64,000 nt of DNA. Source: Stegostoma tigrinum. Its lineage: Eukaryota. The stretch lies in contig NC_081390.1 of the NCBI RefSeq assembly GCF_030684315.1, positions 21,951,291-22,015,290 of the forward strand. The letters are read 5' to 3'. This document shows, piece by piece, positions 40,201 to 53,980 of the stretch (positions are counted from its first letter, which is position 1; each line of letters begins with the position of its first letter). The notes beneath the pieces were generated by a model. It had not been told where the DNA came from. It searched no databases and saw only the letters and a program-made list of their open reading frames with translations. The position numbers and the translations under genes were made by a program.

Positions 40201-41068
40201 CAATCCAGATCAGTGGGAACAACTCTTCTACCTACAGAGGAAACATTAATCACAACAGTCCAGTTATGCCTCAAATTAACACCTCACCCAAAAAATAGCA
40301 CCAACATTGCTGGGCTCCCTCAGGATTGTATTGGTGCCTCAGCTCTGGCTTTTGGACATTTCAAGGAGGCCTTTTGAATTTGTGGCCTTGTGTTTCAAAG
40401 GCAAGAGAGCCAGCAACTGAGCCACAGTGTCAACCTACTAGTCATCACAGGGAGAGCACGAGGACAGGCAAGAACGTGAGCGCATGACACAGACACTCAC
40501 TCACTTTCCCACACGCGTTTCAATTTTGCACATATGAAACATTCCTCGACACAGTTCTGCAGTGAGTAATTGCAGGAAATTCAAGACAATTTGATTCAGG
40601 GACAAGATAGGTATCAAACAGAAGTAAATGAACACTGAGCTACTGCAAGCATGATATGGACCAGGACAAATGTCATGAAATAAGGCCAAGTCCCAAAAGC
40701 TCCTGGGAGGTCACAAAGTAGACTTAATGTCTATTCATCGTGCATCAAGAGCTTTCTTCTTTTGTTTCAGATATAGCATTGTATGCTCTGAAATTAAGTA
40801 TCGATGACATTCCTCGATAAAATACTCTCATTCATCACAGAAAGTTGAAGAGTAGATTTTTCTTTGTAACCTAACAATTGCTACAGTTACATGGATCAGT
40901 TTAACGACTGTGTGCCGTAAACACAGATTTGACCTACTTTATACAAGGTAATTGTTTCACCTCCATCAGACATTCCCTGTATCAAGAAGTGGGGAGCAAA
41001 AGAACAGGAGAGTCATGAGGTGTAAAGAAACTAACGCTGCTCATGTGCAGGGTTGCCAATTTCAAAAT

Positions 41069-41375
41069 TGGCACAGTGGCTCAGGGGTTAGCACTGCTGC
41101 CTCACAGCACCAGGGACCCGGGCTCAATTCCAGCCTCGGGCGACTGCGTACGGAGTTTGTATATTCTGTGTGGGTTTGCTCCGGTTTTCACCCACAGTGC
41201 AAAGATGTGCAGGTTGGATGAATTGGCTGTGCGAATTTGCCCTGTAGTGCATACGGATGTACAGTCTAGGTGGATTTGCCATGGAAAATGTGGGATTGTG
41301 GGTGGGATGCTTTATGGAGGGTCACTAAGATTTAACAGTTGAATGGTCTCTCTCTGCACCATAAGGAGTCCATTC
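41069..41375 (+). mobile_element. HE1-type V-SINE, diverged
   Basis: GGCACAGTGGCTCAGGGGTTAGCACTGCTGCCTCACAGC head. Confidence 0.8.
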
Positions 41376-41709
41376 TGGACCTCCAAGGAATTGAAACTAC
41401 TCTTTAATGCTACACAGTCCATCAATGAATATGAATCCAAGTACATTTATTCATGTTTAATCATGTCACTGCTCCCTATTCCCACATAAACTGTACTAGA
41501 AACTGTGGCAACAAGCCTCACAGCCACACAACCATAACATCATACTGAAAAAGCTACTGCAGCTGGTGGAATCCAAAGTCACCACAATCACTAAAATAAA
41601 TCTGCACTATTTTCAAAAGCAAATCCAATTGAGACGATGGAACCATAACGGATTGCTATAAAAATTCATCTGGTACACTAAGTGACTTTTGAGGAAGGAA
41701 ACGTGATCT

Positions 41710-41850
41710 TCAGGAGGTCCGACAACATCTCTGGGGAGAAAGCAGAGTCAACGTTTCAAGTCCGGTGACTCTTCATCAGTCCATTCCCTGAAACATTGTC
41801 TCTGCTGAGTTTCTCCAGCTATTTCTGCTTTTGTTTCAGATCTCCGCACT
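41710..41850 (-). mobile_element. Second-family Penelope-end hairpin with hammerhead (41745-41780)
   Basis: Minus strand reads CTGATGA-a-GAGTC(accg)GACTT-GAAAC-GTT, followed by a plus-strand arm CTGCTGAGTTTCTCCAGC. Confidence 0.72.
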
Positions 41851-41879
41851 GCCGATCCTGATCTGACCCAGTCTGACTG

Positions 41880-42215
41880 AAAATTCTAACAGGGCCAGAC
41901 AGGGCGAATGCAGGGAGGATGCTCCCAATGACTGTAGAGCTCAGAAACTGGGTCACAGGTTAACGGTAGGGTGCAGGTCATACAGGACTGAGAGGAGGAG
42001 AAATGTCTTCACCCAGAGACTGGTGATCTAGTGGAGTTCTCTATCATAAAAAGCAGTTGTGGCCAAAACCAATCTTTACAAGGACGAGTTTTATAGTTCT
42101 TAGAACTGAAAGGATCAAAAAAGGTATAGGGAGATAGCGAGAACAAAGTACAGAGTTGAATGATCAACCATGATCAAACAGGGGAAGTTGGCTTGCTTCC
42201 ACTTTCTAAGTTTCT
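41880..42215 (+). mobile_element. CR1 LINE 3' end
   Basis: AGGACTGAGAGGAGGAGAAATGTCTTCACCCAGAGA. Confidence 0.72.
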
Positions 42216-45200
42216 ATGCTACAAGAGACTTACAGGAATGTAGCTAACTCTTTACTGTCCTCTGAAATAGCATTGAACCCATCTAGCTATATTAAACTGC
42301 TACAAAGTCATAAGAATGAAACTAGATGGACAACCTGGCATTGACCTAGGCAATCAGAAGTGTCATCACCTCTGATTATAATCACAAAAACCTAGAATTG
42401 CCCTCCTAACACCACTCTGGGTGCACTTACCCCAGCCCACCCTCCCACACTCATATCGTTCAAAAAGGCAGCTTCTCAACGGCAATTAGGGATGGGCAAC
42501 AAGCATTAGCCCAGCCAGGCATACACACATCCTGTAAACATGATTTTTTAAAAAACAAAACAAAAACTGCCATTCGAGGCCAAGGAGTTAAGGCTGCTCT
42601 ATCCAGAGGACCTTTACAGATCCTGTCATCTTATTGCGTTTACAAAAATAAACAATCGCCTAATGCAACGTTCTTGTCTCAGAATTAGACCAGCCATCTA
42701 GCTGCTGTAGGAAGCATCCAGCCCATTTAATATCTCGTTGGTTCTGACCTATCTGCTTGTCTGCCCCATGATCATGTCTACTCCAGCCCCAAACTGCTCT
42801 TTCACCTGTGACCCTTGGAACACCTCCCTGCATTACAACTGGCTAAAGCATCTTCTGGATATGGTTGCAGTGGAACAGTGACAATAGTGACTTCAATGAA
42901 CATCATGACAGTGTGAAAATAAGATAGCCATTGTTTTCAAAAAAATAGCAGGTTGTTGTTTCACATTTCCAGCACGCCTTTCATCTCCGCCACTTTATAG
43001 CTCATTATCCAACGCTGATTCACAGAAATACAGATGGGTTCATTTCACCTAAACGCGATTAAAAAGGACGGTAAATCATCTCGGCATACAGCACATTCTC
43101 GGTCTTGTTTCCACACTAATGCTGAGTTATTGCAATACACGCATCTCTCAGCTCCAAATGACTGGCCCTCTCGAATTCCTCACCCAAGCAAGGCAAAAAT
43201 AAAGAATCACCACTGTTTAGAATATCTACCAAGGATTTGAAACTTGCTTTCAAGAATAAAAACTCAAAACAAATTCAGAGAATTCTGTCAGCGTTGGCAT
43301 GCATCTGTCACTATACTCTTCAAAGTTTAGTTCAAACTTCCAGGCATAAGGATTGCTGGATGAAGGGCGAGCCGGGTCAGCCTAATGTATCTTTTAACAT
43401 CTTGACCGGTGTAGGATGACAACAATGGGACAGACAATCCCTATCAACAGTGCACAGGCCAGAAATAACAGGAGGAAGTTCCTCAGTAGGGAAAGCTTTA
43501 GGAGCTAAAACAGTCCAGGCCATGAGATCCTGGTCAGCATATACAACACTGGTGAGGGGTGATTGTGGCACAGTTTAGTGTCTCAACTCTGGACCAGGGG
43601 GCCAGGGTTCATGTCCCACCTGTTCCAGAAGCTATGTTATAACATATCCAAATGGGTTAGTCAAAAATATCTATGCTAAAAATATCTGCAACATGTGGGC
43701 AAGTCTCACACAACTTAAATCACGCTTGTAGCGCACTCCAAATATTAACTTCTGAAAGAAATCTTGTTTTTGAGTGAATTGATGCTGCCAATATCTGCCT
43801 GGAGATCCTGTTCTGTAGATTTACCACTCACTCACCACCTTCTCAGGGGCAAATAGGAACGGGCAACACCACTTTGTCAGCAACAAACACCATGAGTAAA
43901 AATCAAGAGTCAAAAAAGATTGGAGAAACTATTAAGATAATTTCTGGCAAAGATTGACATTAAAATGAACAGACTGGAAATCACAAAGCAGGATTACACT
44001 GGAAGATTAATCAGGTATTCATATTTAATCTGGTTAACAACAGGTCAAAGTTGTCTCAAAAAGGAGGAACAGTTGTTGGATTCTTGTTAAATCCAAGGTG
44101 GAGCAATCATTAAAATTTAACTTTTCAAATATTCTAATCAGAGTCTGTGGGACATAGAATAAATGTTCAACTCCACAGCCTCTCAAAAACTTGCTCCTTC
44201 CCGATGAATCAATTATTTCAACCACAGCCCCAAAGCATTTAAGCTTGACATTTAAGCCATGAATTTCCCTTTGATGCATTTCAACTCTCAATGATATCAA
44301 GTTACCCTAAAAGCTTGTGTAATTTAACCCAGTGCTGAAGTCACTCACAATAAAATCTTATCATCCCAACCAAGCCTGTACTAATGTAACATAATTCTCT
44401 GAGCAATCTCCAGGTACTTGTTACCAGCAAAAAATAATGAGAATTGGCCTGAAAAACCCACTCAAGGGTTAAGAAAATTAAACAAGTTATTAGCAAGTTG
44501 GTTAAAAAGTTTTGCACATTGGGCATTTTTTCTCATTTCAACTCACTGTAAAGCATTTTTTAAAAATACTAACAGAGGCTGCAGAGAGATGGAGGCGAGA
44601 GGATTCAGCAGGTGTTAGGAAATCCCATGCCTAAAGGCTCGCCTCTCTTCAAAAGACGCTCCAACCTAATGACATTTGACAAAGTTGCTCTGAGTGCAAG
44701 TCACCCTTGTATCGCCCGTTACCTCAGCCTCAGTCTGCACTGCTATAAACAAAGCTCTTAATTGTTCTCAGAATTGCTGGCAGAGACATGGTGCACTAAT
44801 CAAAGCTGTTATTTCTGACAGTGCAAGGGGAAGACATTTGTATGCATCAATTAATTACTTGTCGTGTTGTTTGAAATTTGTAGGCAAACACTTCAGCCTC
44901 TCAAAGCATACAATGTAACCACTGTCACTCTTTGAAAGAATACCTTTGAAGGTTGAAGTACACATTTCAACAATCATATGAAAGGCATGAAGATAATCAG
45001 CTGAAACAAACCAGACCTTTAATTCCTGAAGTAACTCTCACTTTTCTCAGATCCAGGACTCAGGCTAAGTGTAGTTTTATTCCAAATTTTACAAGCAGTT
45101 TAGCCTTAAATTTTGATCTAGTGTTTTTGCTTTCAAATTACATTCTTGAGAGAGATTTAGTTTTTAAATTTTCCTTGCGTTTCTTCCTTGCAGGAAATTG

Positions 45201-45376
45201 GCCAAAAGAAAACATTTTCCTCTGTGAGCTTTTGTTTCCATTGCAACTTACCAAGTGCTAGCACACTAATAAGCCCAGGCTCGAAATAGAATTCTAAGAC
45301 GACAGTTTCAAATTCCAGTGTCAGCGACATCTCCCAAATTCATAACTTGAATTTCATTCTCGAGGCTCGCATCCCG

Positions 45377-46273
45377 GTTTTTCATCTTCGTTCTGACATT
45401 AAGCTGAAGCCTTTGAGCAGCAGGAGCAGAATAACCAGCTCACTATCCCCCTCACGTAAGTCAACAAAATCATCCATGACATCTACATAACTTGAACCGA
45501 GAAAAAAGACGACAGCTATGGCTAAGCCCGAATACACAGTGTCAGGCACATGTGAAAGAGGCTCCAAGTCACAGATCCAACCTTTGCAACTGAAATGTCT
45601 CCTGAGGCAGAGAAGGTATTTTTGAGTCATTCTGAGGAGACAATTTGAAACCAACTTTTCTGTGAAATCACTAATGTGCCAAATATTCGGAGATAATGGG
45701 AACTGCAGATGCTGGAGAATCCAAGATAACAAAGTGTGGGGCTGGATGAACACAGCAGGCCAAGCAGCATGTGCTCCTAAGATGTTGCTTGGCCTGCTGT
45801 GCCAAATAGTCATTTGGTGTCTGCCATACTCAGGAGTTTTATTTGCTCAGAAATATTTTTTTGCAGCCTAGGTGCAGCAAGCATTAAGAGAACTCTACCT
45901 GACTCTGTTGATCAAGTACAAATAAGTAAACGAGTAGTGTAGTTTGGTGTTTGGCATAGATGTGATGGCCCAAGCCCCTAATCCAATCGTTGTCCCGGGC
46001 TGCAGTGCCTACTGACTAGAGGATCTCAGTAGTGAGGTACTAGAGGATGGAGCCAGTAAACAAGGGTCCTAGCCCCAACCCACTTGGTACAATGACCCTG
46101 AAACCGCATGTTGTGTGTATTTAGGCTTATTCATAACTGTCATCCTTTCCTTCAGTACAAGTTATGTAGGTGTCATGGATGATTTTGTTGACTTATATGA
46201 AGTGCATAGCAAGCTGGCTGATCTGCTCCTGCCACTCACAGGCTTGAGCTTAACACCAATGAAGATGAAAAGA
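45377..46273. repeat. Old inverted repeat with ~160-bp arms (45377-45538 / 46114-46273), possible MITE or foldback element
   Basis: The arms align in reverse complement (shared core CAAGTTATGTAG.TGTCATGGATGATTTTGTTGACTTA), roughly three-quarters identical by eye. Confidence 0.75.
45690..45797 (-). mobile_element. Penelope-end hairpin insertion
   Basis: Same tail with a short inverted arm. Direct repeat TGTGCCAAATA at 45675-45685 and 45798-45808. Confidence 0.8.
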
Positions 46274-46599
46274 CAGGTGGTGGATGTGGCCAACTGACAA
46301 GCGAAAGCAGCTTTGGGAGGAGCAAGACTTGTCTTTAGCTTGGTCTTTCCCTCCAGTTTTATCATGACTGGCCATTCCCCAATTTTGTTGAGGCTTCCAA
46401 AACCAGGAAGTCAGTCAACAATCGAGCCTGTTCTCATGTTCTATGACTCTATAACTCATCGGGAAGCAGCTTGTTGAATGGAACCCAGTTCTCAGTGTTT
46501 TTAAGCAATATTTGGCTGATTTGCCAGTGTTACGCTGTTGACCTTTTTAAATAGGTGAGCAGGTTAGAACTGGACATTGTCCAAATCAAAATGTTTGAC

Positions 46600-46715
46600 C
46601 AGAGCCCCTTGTCGTCTGGTGATAGAGTCTCCAGCTCTGAGCTAGGAGTTCTGGTTCAAGTCCCACCTGCTCCATGGGGCATAATAACATGCCTGAACAG
46701 GTTAACAAGAAAATA
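46600..46715 (+). mobile_element. Short tRNA-head repeat family (copies at about 43560-43680 + and 47190-47280 -)
   Basis: GGTTCAAGTCCCACCTG B-box followed by ATAACAT in all three copies. Confidence 0.55.
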
Positions 46716-47859
46716 ATCAAATGATTGAATGAATTAGAGAGACTGCGTGAGGTAACTGGCCCATTTCCCAATCGAACAACTGCTTAAAAGGGCTCATGAA
46801 TGCAGTGTAACCTGAAGCTCAATGGAGCCCAGAGTAAGTTCATCGGGTCAGGCAAAACAAACCCATAATGAAGATATACACTGCTTTTCTGATTTCAGCA
46901 TGTCAACGGGACTGCCACCAGACTTTACTGCCACAACAGGAAAAGAGATAGAACCTCTTGAAAACAGATTAGTGGTGTGTCAACAACAACCTTGATTCTC
47001 ACTGTATCTTTGATGCAGTGAGAAGTTCCATGGTGTTACATGAGAACACGAGTAAACAAAATCCAAAAGCCAGACAAGATATATTCAGACGAGGCCATGA
47101 GGTGACTTTTCAGACTTGGGTCCTTCTTTGGCAGGGTTTGCCTTTTGTTGGGGATCTATAGCTTTCTTAAAAGGATCAAGAAAGTTGTTTTAGCATGTTA
47201 TGACATGTCCAGGGTAGATGGGACTTGAACGTGGACTTTCTAGCCCAGAGGTAGGGACACTACTGCCGTACCACAAGTGCTTTTCCAATGTCATGTTTTA
47301 GGGAACATCTCAAATGAGGGCAGACTTGCGCAAAGAATTCCAGAATTTAGGGCCTAGGATCACAGACAATGGTAAAAAGATGAAAATCAGAGGAGACAAT
47401 AATCATCAGTTTGTCGTGGCCAGTCTGATTCTCTTGAAGATAAATTGCAATGTCAAAGCTGAGGTTGAAAGTATGTAAGATGTCTTTCCGAGACAGCATA
47501 CAGAACCACTGAATGACTGAGCCGTGGGGCTGAGCCACAGAGCAGAGTCTCAATGACGTGTTAATGTTGATTGGAACCTATCTGATGGGAAAGCTGCTTC
47601 ATATCATTCTGAAGATTGGCTAGTTAAAATACCAAGTGCTTGGTGAGTCATCGCAGCTTAATGAAATGAGTATATTTACCTGACAACACCCTTGGGAGCG
47701 GCCCTCAAATAGGTGACCCACCTGTTCCCTGTACAAAGTTAATTTCTCAATGGAGTTGTGACAACTTGGAATTTTCATTGTTTCATTCAGAGAATATGTT
47801 ATCCATCCAATTACTTGAATGGACTGCTGGAGTTTTTTGCTCTCCTCGCATTTCTTCCT

Positions 47860-48235
47860 GTTTCATGGGATGTCAGCATCACTGGCAAGGTTGGCATTTG
47901 CTGCCCATCCCTATCTACCCCGAACTGGAAAGCCTGCTCGATGATTTCAGAAGGCAGTGAAAGTCAACTTTGAGTGTGGAGTCACATGTAGACAGGACAG
48001 GGTAAGGACAGCAGATTTTCTTTTTAAAAGAAACATTGTGAACCACAATTTTATTTTCAACTACCAATTGTTGAGAGTTTCATGGTCACCATTATTGAAG
48101 CAAGCTCTCAGTAACAGATGTTATGAATTGAAGTTAAGGTCAATGGTGGAATTTGAACCTAGGTCCCTACAGCATCAGTATGGACCTCTGGATTCCAAGT
48201 CCAGTGACAGTGGGGCTACTCCACCTCCTGCCCCT
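47860..48235 (-). mobile_element. Second tRNA-SINE family, diverged
   Basis: GGAGTCACATGTAGACAGGAC body and GAATTTGAACC B-box complement. Confidence 0.7.
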
Positions 48236-49124
48236 TGATCGAGAAGGTAAGCAGAAGTCCAAGTGTGCAGAAATGACAGGGATAGCCAACAATGCCAGCC
48301 TGTTGTCACTCAAAGCACGTTGCTAAAATAACCCAATTTTGTCATTGTTCCGCAGGAAGCCTCAACTCTTATTTCAAGAATTGTTTAGATTATATAATTG
48401 CAATGGTTATGCACATTTAATTAAAGCTTTAAATGAACTTGATATCAAAGCATAACTACCAAAGGTAGTCAATTTACACAAATTAAGCCCATAAAATTCT
48501 AATCTCCTTTAACTGAGTACATTCACAATCGATTAGTCACTCAAAAGGAATACATTCTCTACCATACCACAGAGAAATAACCGGTTATTAGCGTTGCATG
48601 GACTAGTCTTCATGAAACCACACCCTGGCAATCCCAAACACTCATCTTCGTCAGCAATCAAGAAAAATATCGAGGTGCACTTGGATAAGCACAGAGGCAA
48701 TCTGCCGAACCAGGGAAGTGAAATAAATCACCAATGTTCGCTGAGCAACGCAGGACAGCAAGGCAACGTGGGCTTCAGCAGTTTAAACAGCGTCAGTGAC
48801 AAAACAGAATCTGAACCATTCACAATGAGTGCCTGCAACCTGTGTCAAATTACAGCAACTAACATGTGGGGAGTGGTGCAATAGGAAGGACTGGATGGAA
48901 CTCCACTGTGCAATATCTCCCTGTCATTGCAGCGGGTTTGCATCAGCTCAGAGCACAGTCTAGCAGTTGGTCGCCACTCCTTGACAACTGTAGACAGCCA
49001 GAGCCCAGAGAAATCAGAATGGGGAAGCAAATTACACTGAATTAAAACCTCCAGAACATACAGCTCCTGAACAACAGGGAAAGGCCAGCTAAATTCAAAA
49101 CAGTGTCATGGAGTTTTTTTTTAA

Positions 49125-49740
49125 AAACAGTATGGAAAGAGGCCCTTCGGCCCACTGTGTCTGTGCCAGTCAAGCACCTATCTATTCTAATCCCATTTTC
49201 CAGCATGTTGCCTATAGCCTTGTATGCTGTGGTGTTCCAAGTGTATATCTTAAATACCTCGACAGTTTCTACCTCCACGATTCTTTCGGTTATTGTGTTC
49301 TGGAGATCCACCACATTCTGAAGAAACATTTCCTCAAATCATCTCAAAACCTTCTTCTGCTTATCTTTAAGCGATAGCCCCCTGGTTATGGACTACACCA
49401 CTAAGGAGAGAAGATTTGCCGTATCTATGCCGCTCATCACTTTGTACACCTCAACAAAAGATGTCCCCTTCAGCTTTCTATGCTCCGAGAACACCCTCTG
49501 CCTACTGCATCCCTCTTCATAGCTCAATCACTCCAGCCCAGACAACACCCTGATGAATCTCCTCTGCATACTCTCTGGAGCAATCACATCCTTTCTAGAA
49601 TGTGATATACTGTGTGCAGTTCTGGTGATCAGCTGTGGCCTCACAAACAGTATGTAGACCTCCAACATAAGCTTCCTGCTCTTGTATCCAATGCCTTGAC
49701 TAACACAGGCAGGTATCCCGTATGTTTCCTTAGCTACAAA
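49125..49740 (-). mobile_element. CR1 LINE 3' fragment
   Basis: YKSRKLMLEVYILFVRPQL...ESMQRRFIRVLSGLE. Confidence 0.8.
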
Positions 49741-51989
49741 GCATGCCGTGAGGGTATGCACAAGGACAGCTCCATGCTCAGAGGCAAAGCTGGCCTCCAC
49801 ACATTGCACCAAATTCACATTTCTCAATCTTTGCAAGTTGGTTTCCAGCAATCTCATTTTCTAATCATGTTTCATCTCCCAGCTTCAGCACATGCTCTTT
49901 AATTTTTCAGTTCCAGCCATCTGTCTGCACCTTTCTACCTCAGCACCAGGTGCATTCCGCCAATACATGGAGACATCTTGGCTCTGCCAACATTGCACGA
50001 GAATACACTTCCCTCTCTGAGAGGACCTTTTCTCAGCCTCTCCCTTAGTCACAACTTCTGTTAAGTTCCTTTGGATTTTCACCATGTTGTGAAGATATAA
50101 CTGCTCCAAAACTCTCGGGTACCATCTACAAGTGGCAAGTTAGTAACTGGAGTACCGTGGGGGAGATGGCTGGAATTGATGCAGCACAGGCCTGAAAGCA
50201 TGCTTCCTTTTAGCTACAAAGGACTTTGAGTAATGGGTAGCTTGAAGTACAAAAACTGTCTGAAATATGATATTAAAAATATATATCATCCTTTCTGCTA
50301 CATGTTACTTCCCAGGTGTATTAGCTATCAAGTTTATTGTTGACATCAACTGACAAATGCCAGTTGACAAACTGGCCCTGCAAATCCAAATGAGCTGGGG
50401 ATTCCTCACTGCAAACAAACATCCAGACAGCATCAATCCACAGGTGCAACAGCACATCCTAACCTTGATACTGCTGGGAGCCCATTGTCAGGCTTGAAAA
50501 TTGTCACATCCCATCAATGCAAACAGAGCACGATGTCAGTGCGGGCACAGGGGTTGGGGGTTAAAGTCAGACAGAGGGGCAGGCAGGCAGAGTTAAAGCT
50601 CCACAACAAACACAGCTCCCTCAGAGCGCGTGACCCTGGTGGATAGGATACTTCTCAATGTGCGACTTTGCAAAATTCGCATTGCAATTAATAGATTTCA
50701 AAAGTTATTTCACCGGCTATGAGGAACTTTGCAACATCACACGCTTATTTTTCCTGGCGATTTTCATAAAGTCTTCATGCACTGTACAGTTATTATTACA
50801 TTCATCCAGTAAGTCATGAAAACTTACAACTCACGTTTAAAATCCTGCTTAGTTATTCTGTCAATAAATTAATACTGAAAACCGAACAAGTCTTGAAAAG
50901 CAAACCCTTCACTATACTTAATGCTGGCATTACAAAATCCTCAAATCTAGCTCCTTCACCAAGTCTCCCTTATTGTTTTGGAGGGATTGCTGCCCATCCC
51001 CTCCTTTGCTCTGATTGAGTGGGGCAATAGCTCTGGTCACTTTATGACCCAAACAGCTAAAGTGCTGATTAGATATGACAAATTCCCTTTCCTGAAAGGA
51101 ACTGAAGGGTTTAGGTCAGTTTCTAGGAACCAATTTCGTGCACAAAGTAACAAGGCACTTCACTATCCAGACTCAAAAAAAATACTTGATACTAACAGGC
51201 ATTCTTACGATTGCTGCATCATAAATGAGACTTCAGATACAATTTTCTTTGTTGACCTTTGCTTGTGTAGGCTATTCTGTCAGGACACTTGAGCTCATAT
51301 ACGTACACTGCTGCATATGATTAACATAAATATACCCAATCATTCTGTCTCATATAGCGGTCTTTGCTAGACAACTCAAATCCCACTTCCTCAACCTCTA
51401 ACTTGCCACAAAAATAAATGTGTGATAAAATGGAACCAAGGAGAAAAGGCACTATTCCACAAATAAGATTTAGAACAAAGACTGAGAAAGCCCGATCTAA
51501 GAATTTATTAAAGTCAAACAATATGCAATTAAGAACTTAAACTCAACCTGCCAAATGATAAATCAGCTTTAAACCAAAATCAGATTACAGTAGACCTTTC
51601 ATTTCCATAAATTAGGCAGTCCTGCATTTTGCAATACAATATAATTACGTGTAGATTGAAATGTTCAAGAAATATGAAATCGTAAAGGGTTTGCACAATT
51701 ATTTCAAAGAGCTGTGTTATTAACTATGAATAATTATTTTATTTATATCAGTACAGTTCAGAATCTGTTGCCATGAGACTTTTCCACAAACCAATTATCT
51801 ACCGTTTTGCACAGGCATCACTGGGGACCCAGTTCATGAAGCTGCACATTTCAGCTCTAAAGTCACAATTGGTAACTAAAAATAGAACTCCTCTCCTTCC
51901 CAAATAGAGGAACTCAAAGTCTTTCTTTTTAAATTCAAAATGTCATTGGGAAAATATTATACATCAAATTGGACATGAACAAAGTGGCA

Positions 51990-52585
51990 GAGTTTAAAAA
52001 TAAAAGAGTCTTCCATTAAGATGAAGGGGAGAAAGACGATTTTTCTTCCACTCAGGGTCAATACACTTTGACATTCTCTTCCCCAGAAGGCAGAGGCGAG
52101 TTATTGAATATCTTCAAGGTTGAGTTTTGATCAACAAAGGAGTCAAGGATTGTGTGTTTTTTTGCTGGGGGCGGTGCAGAGAGGAAAGGGAAGTTAAGAA
52201 TCACAGAGTGTTCAACCTTCATCTTATTGAATCATTGATTGGGTTTCAGGGGACCAAATGACTGCCCCCACTCCTGTTTCTTAGGATTCATGATCAGACT
52301 CAATTCCCCATACTGCATGCAGCAGTCTTCCGTTTTGAAGCATTCAAACAAGATCCTTTCAGCTTAATTATTTCCCACCAACCTCTTTGGAATTCTCTAT
52401 TCCGGAGAGGTGCAGAAACTCAGTCACTGAATACGTTCAATGCAGAGATCAATAGATTGTTAGAGACTAATGGCTAATACCTAGGATAGCATGGTAACAC
52501 AGCATTAGGAGAATACCAGCCATAGTCTTTAGCAGCAGACGACTATCAAGGGGCTGGACAGCTTACTCCTCTTTCTATGGTCCTG
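51990..52585 (+). mobile_element. Two old CR1 3' ends
   Basis: TTTTTCTTCCACTCAGGG...CAGAAGGCAG and GGAATTCTCTATTCCGGAGAG, each with a CR1-like tail. Confidence 0.6.
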
Positions 52586-53624
52586 AAAGAAGTGTACACG
52601 CTCAGAATTCAAGTACATCCCTTTAGAAATATATGCACAAGCAGTAATTCTGGCATGCAACTATTGGACACAAAGCATTTGAGAAATGTTAACAGCTAAA
52701 GATCAGCCAAGCACAGTATGGCTATATGATGGATGTGTTATTAGGATCATTACCCCAAGGTTTTTGTGTTCATCACTCATCTCTGCAGCCAGTCTGTTTC
52801 TTTAAGCAGTTATTCCCCACTGAAGAAAAAGCAAGCGGGATGGGTCTTCAGAGTCCCTTAGCATACTGCATTTAAGTTGGGCAGCAGTATTTACCAGACT
52901 CAATCAAATCAGTTACACATTTGATGGCCGAAACACACTGCATTCATAATAAGGGCAATCTCAAATTTCATAGGAAGGAGATTTTTAAATATACATGATG
53001 TATGTAAAATAAAAACCACCAACACAACAATTCACAAATTTTTTTTTTAAGACCAGAAGCTTTCTTTCAGCTGTTTGATGAGCAGTGGTTCATGAAACAG
53101 ACTAACAGAGAAGAATCTGTTAATGGGGTTTGAGTTAATAGACGGACAACAAACTTGCATAGGCTGAACAGTGCGGAGGGGGGACAGGCTTTGTTAGTAA
53201 TGGCTATGATCGTCTCCAGTGCAAAGTTTCATATTTAATAATCTGCTTTATATTCCTCATCATTATTGCTCCAATTAGCTTCAGCAGAGCGACAGGAACA
53301 TGCAGTCAGGGAGTCTCTTCCTGTTCTCACCTCAATGAACTCCAGGCATCTGCACTTTTATTTCTCAAACACCCGGCTGGATACTTCTTTTTCTACTCGC
53401 TTATGGAGACGTGGACATGGCTGATCTCTGAGCAGCATCAGGGCAGCTCTGGAGCCACGTGTAGGTTAGACGAGGTATGCACAGCCAGTCAGCATTGCTT
53501 TCATGGTCACCAGAATGACTTTTAAGTTCTGTTTTTTTTCCATTGAATTCAAATCTAGGGATCCGTGCTAATGTTCTTGGGACATGGTTTCAAATCCCAC
53601 CCAGAAAGATGGCGAAATGTGAAA

Positions 53625-53980
53625 AAAATAGAAATTGCTGAAGAGGCTCAGACACAGACAGATGTCAGTAAACAGAGGATTTGTTGACTGAAGAGAAGCT
53701 GGATAAGTAATAATGAGCTAAAAGCAGGAGAGAATGGGTAGATTTTGCTGAAAGCAACCCGTGTCATGACAGGACCAGGATGTGGGTTAAAAAAAAAATG
53801 GATGTGATCACATTCTCACGTTATTGAACTCTATGTTGAGTCCTAGGCGCTGCAGGGTCCCCCAAGCAGAAAAGGAGACGCTGTTGTTCAAGCTTGCACT
53901 AAGTGTTACCACAGCACTGCAGCATGCCTGAGACAGATGTTAGTGTGGGAATACAGTGGTGTGTTGAAGTGACAGGCTAG
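53625..53980 (-). mobile_element. Older Penelope-like 3' fragment (GIY-YIG C-terminus)
   Basis: Minus strand at 53820-53900 encodes a decayed LEQQRLLF.LGTLQ..GLNIEFNN, homologous to the end of the 21056 ORF. Confidence 0.65.
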
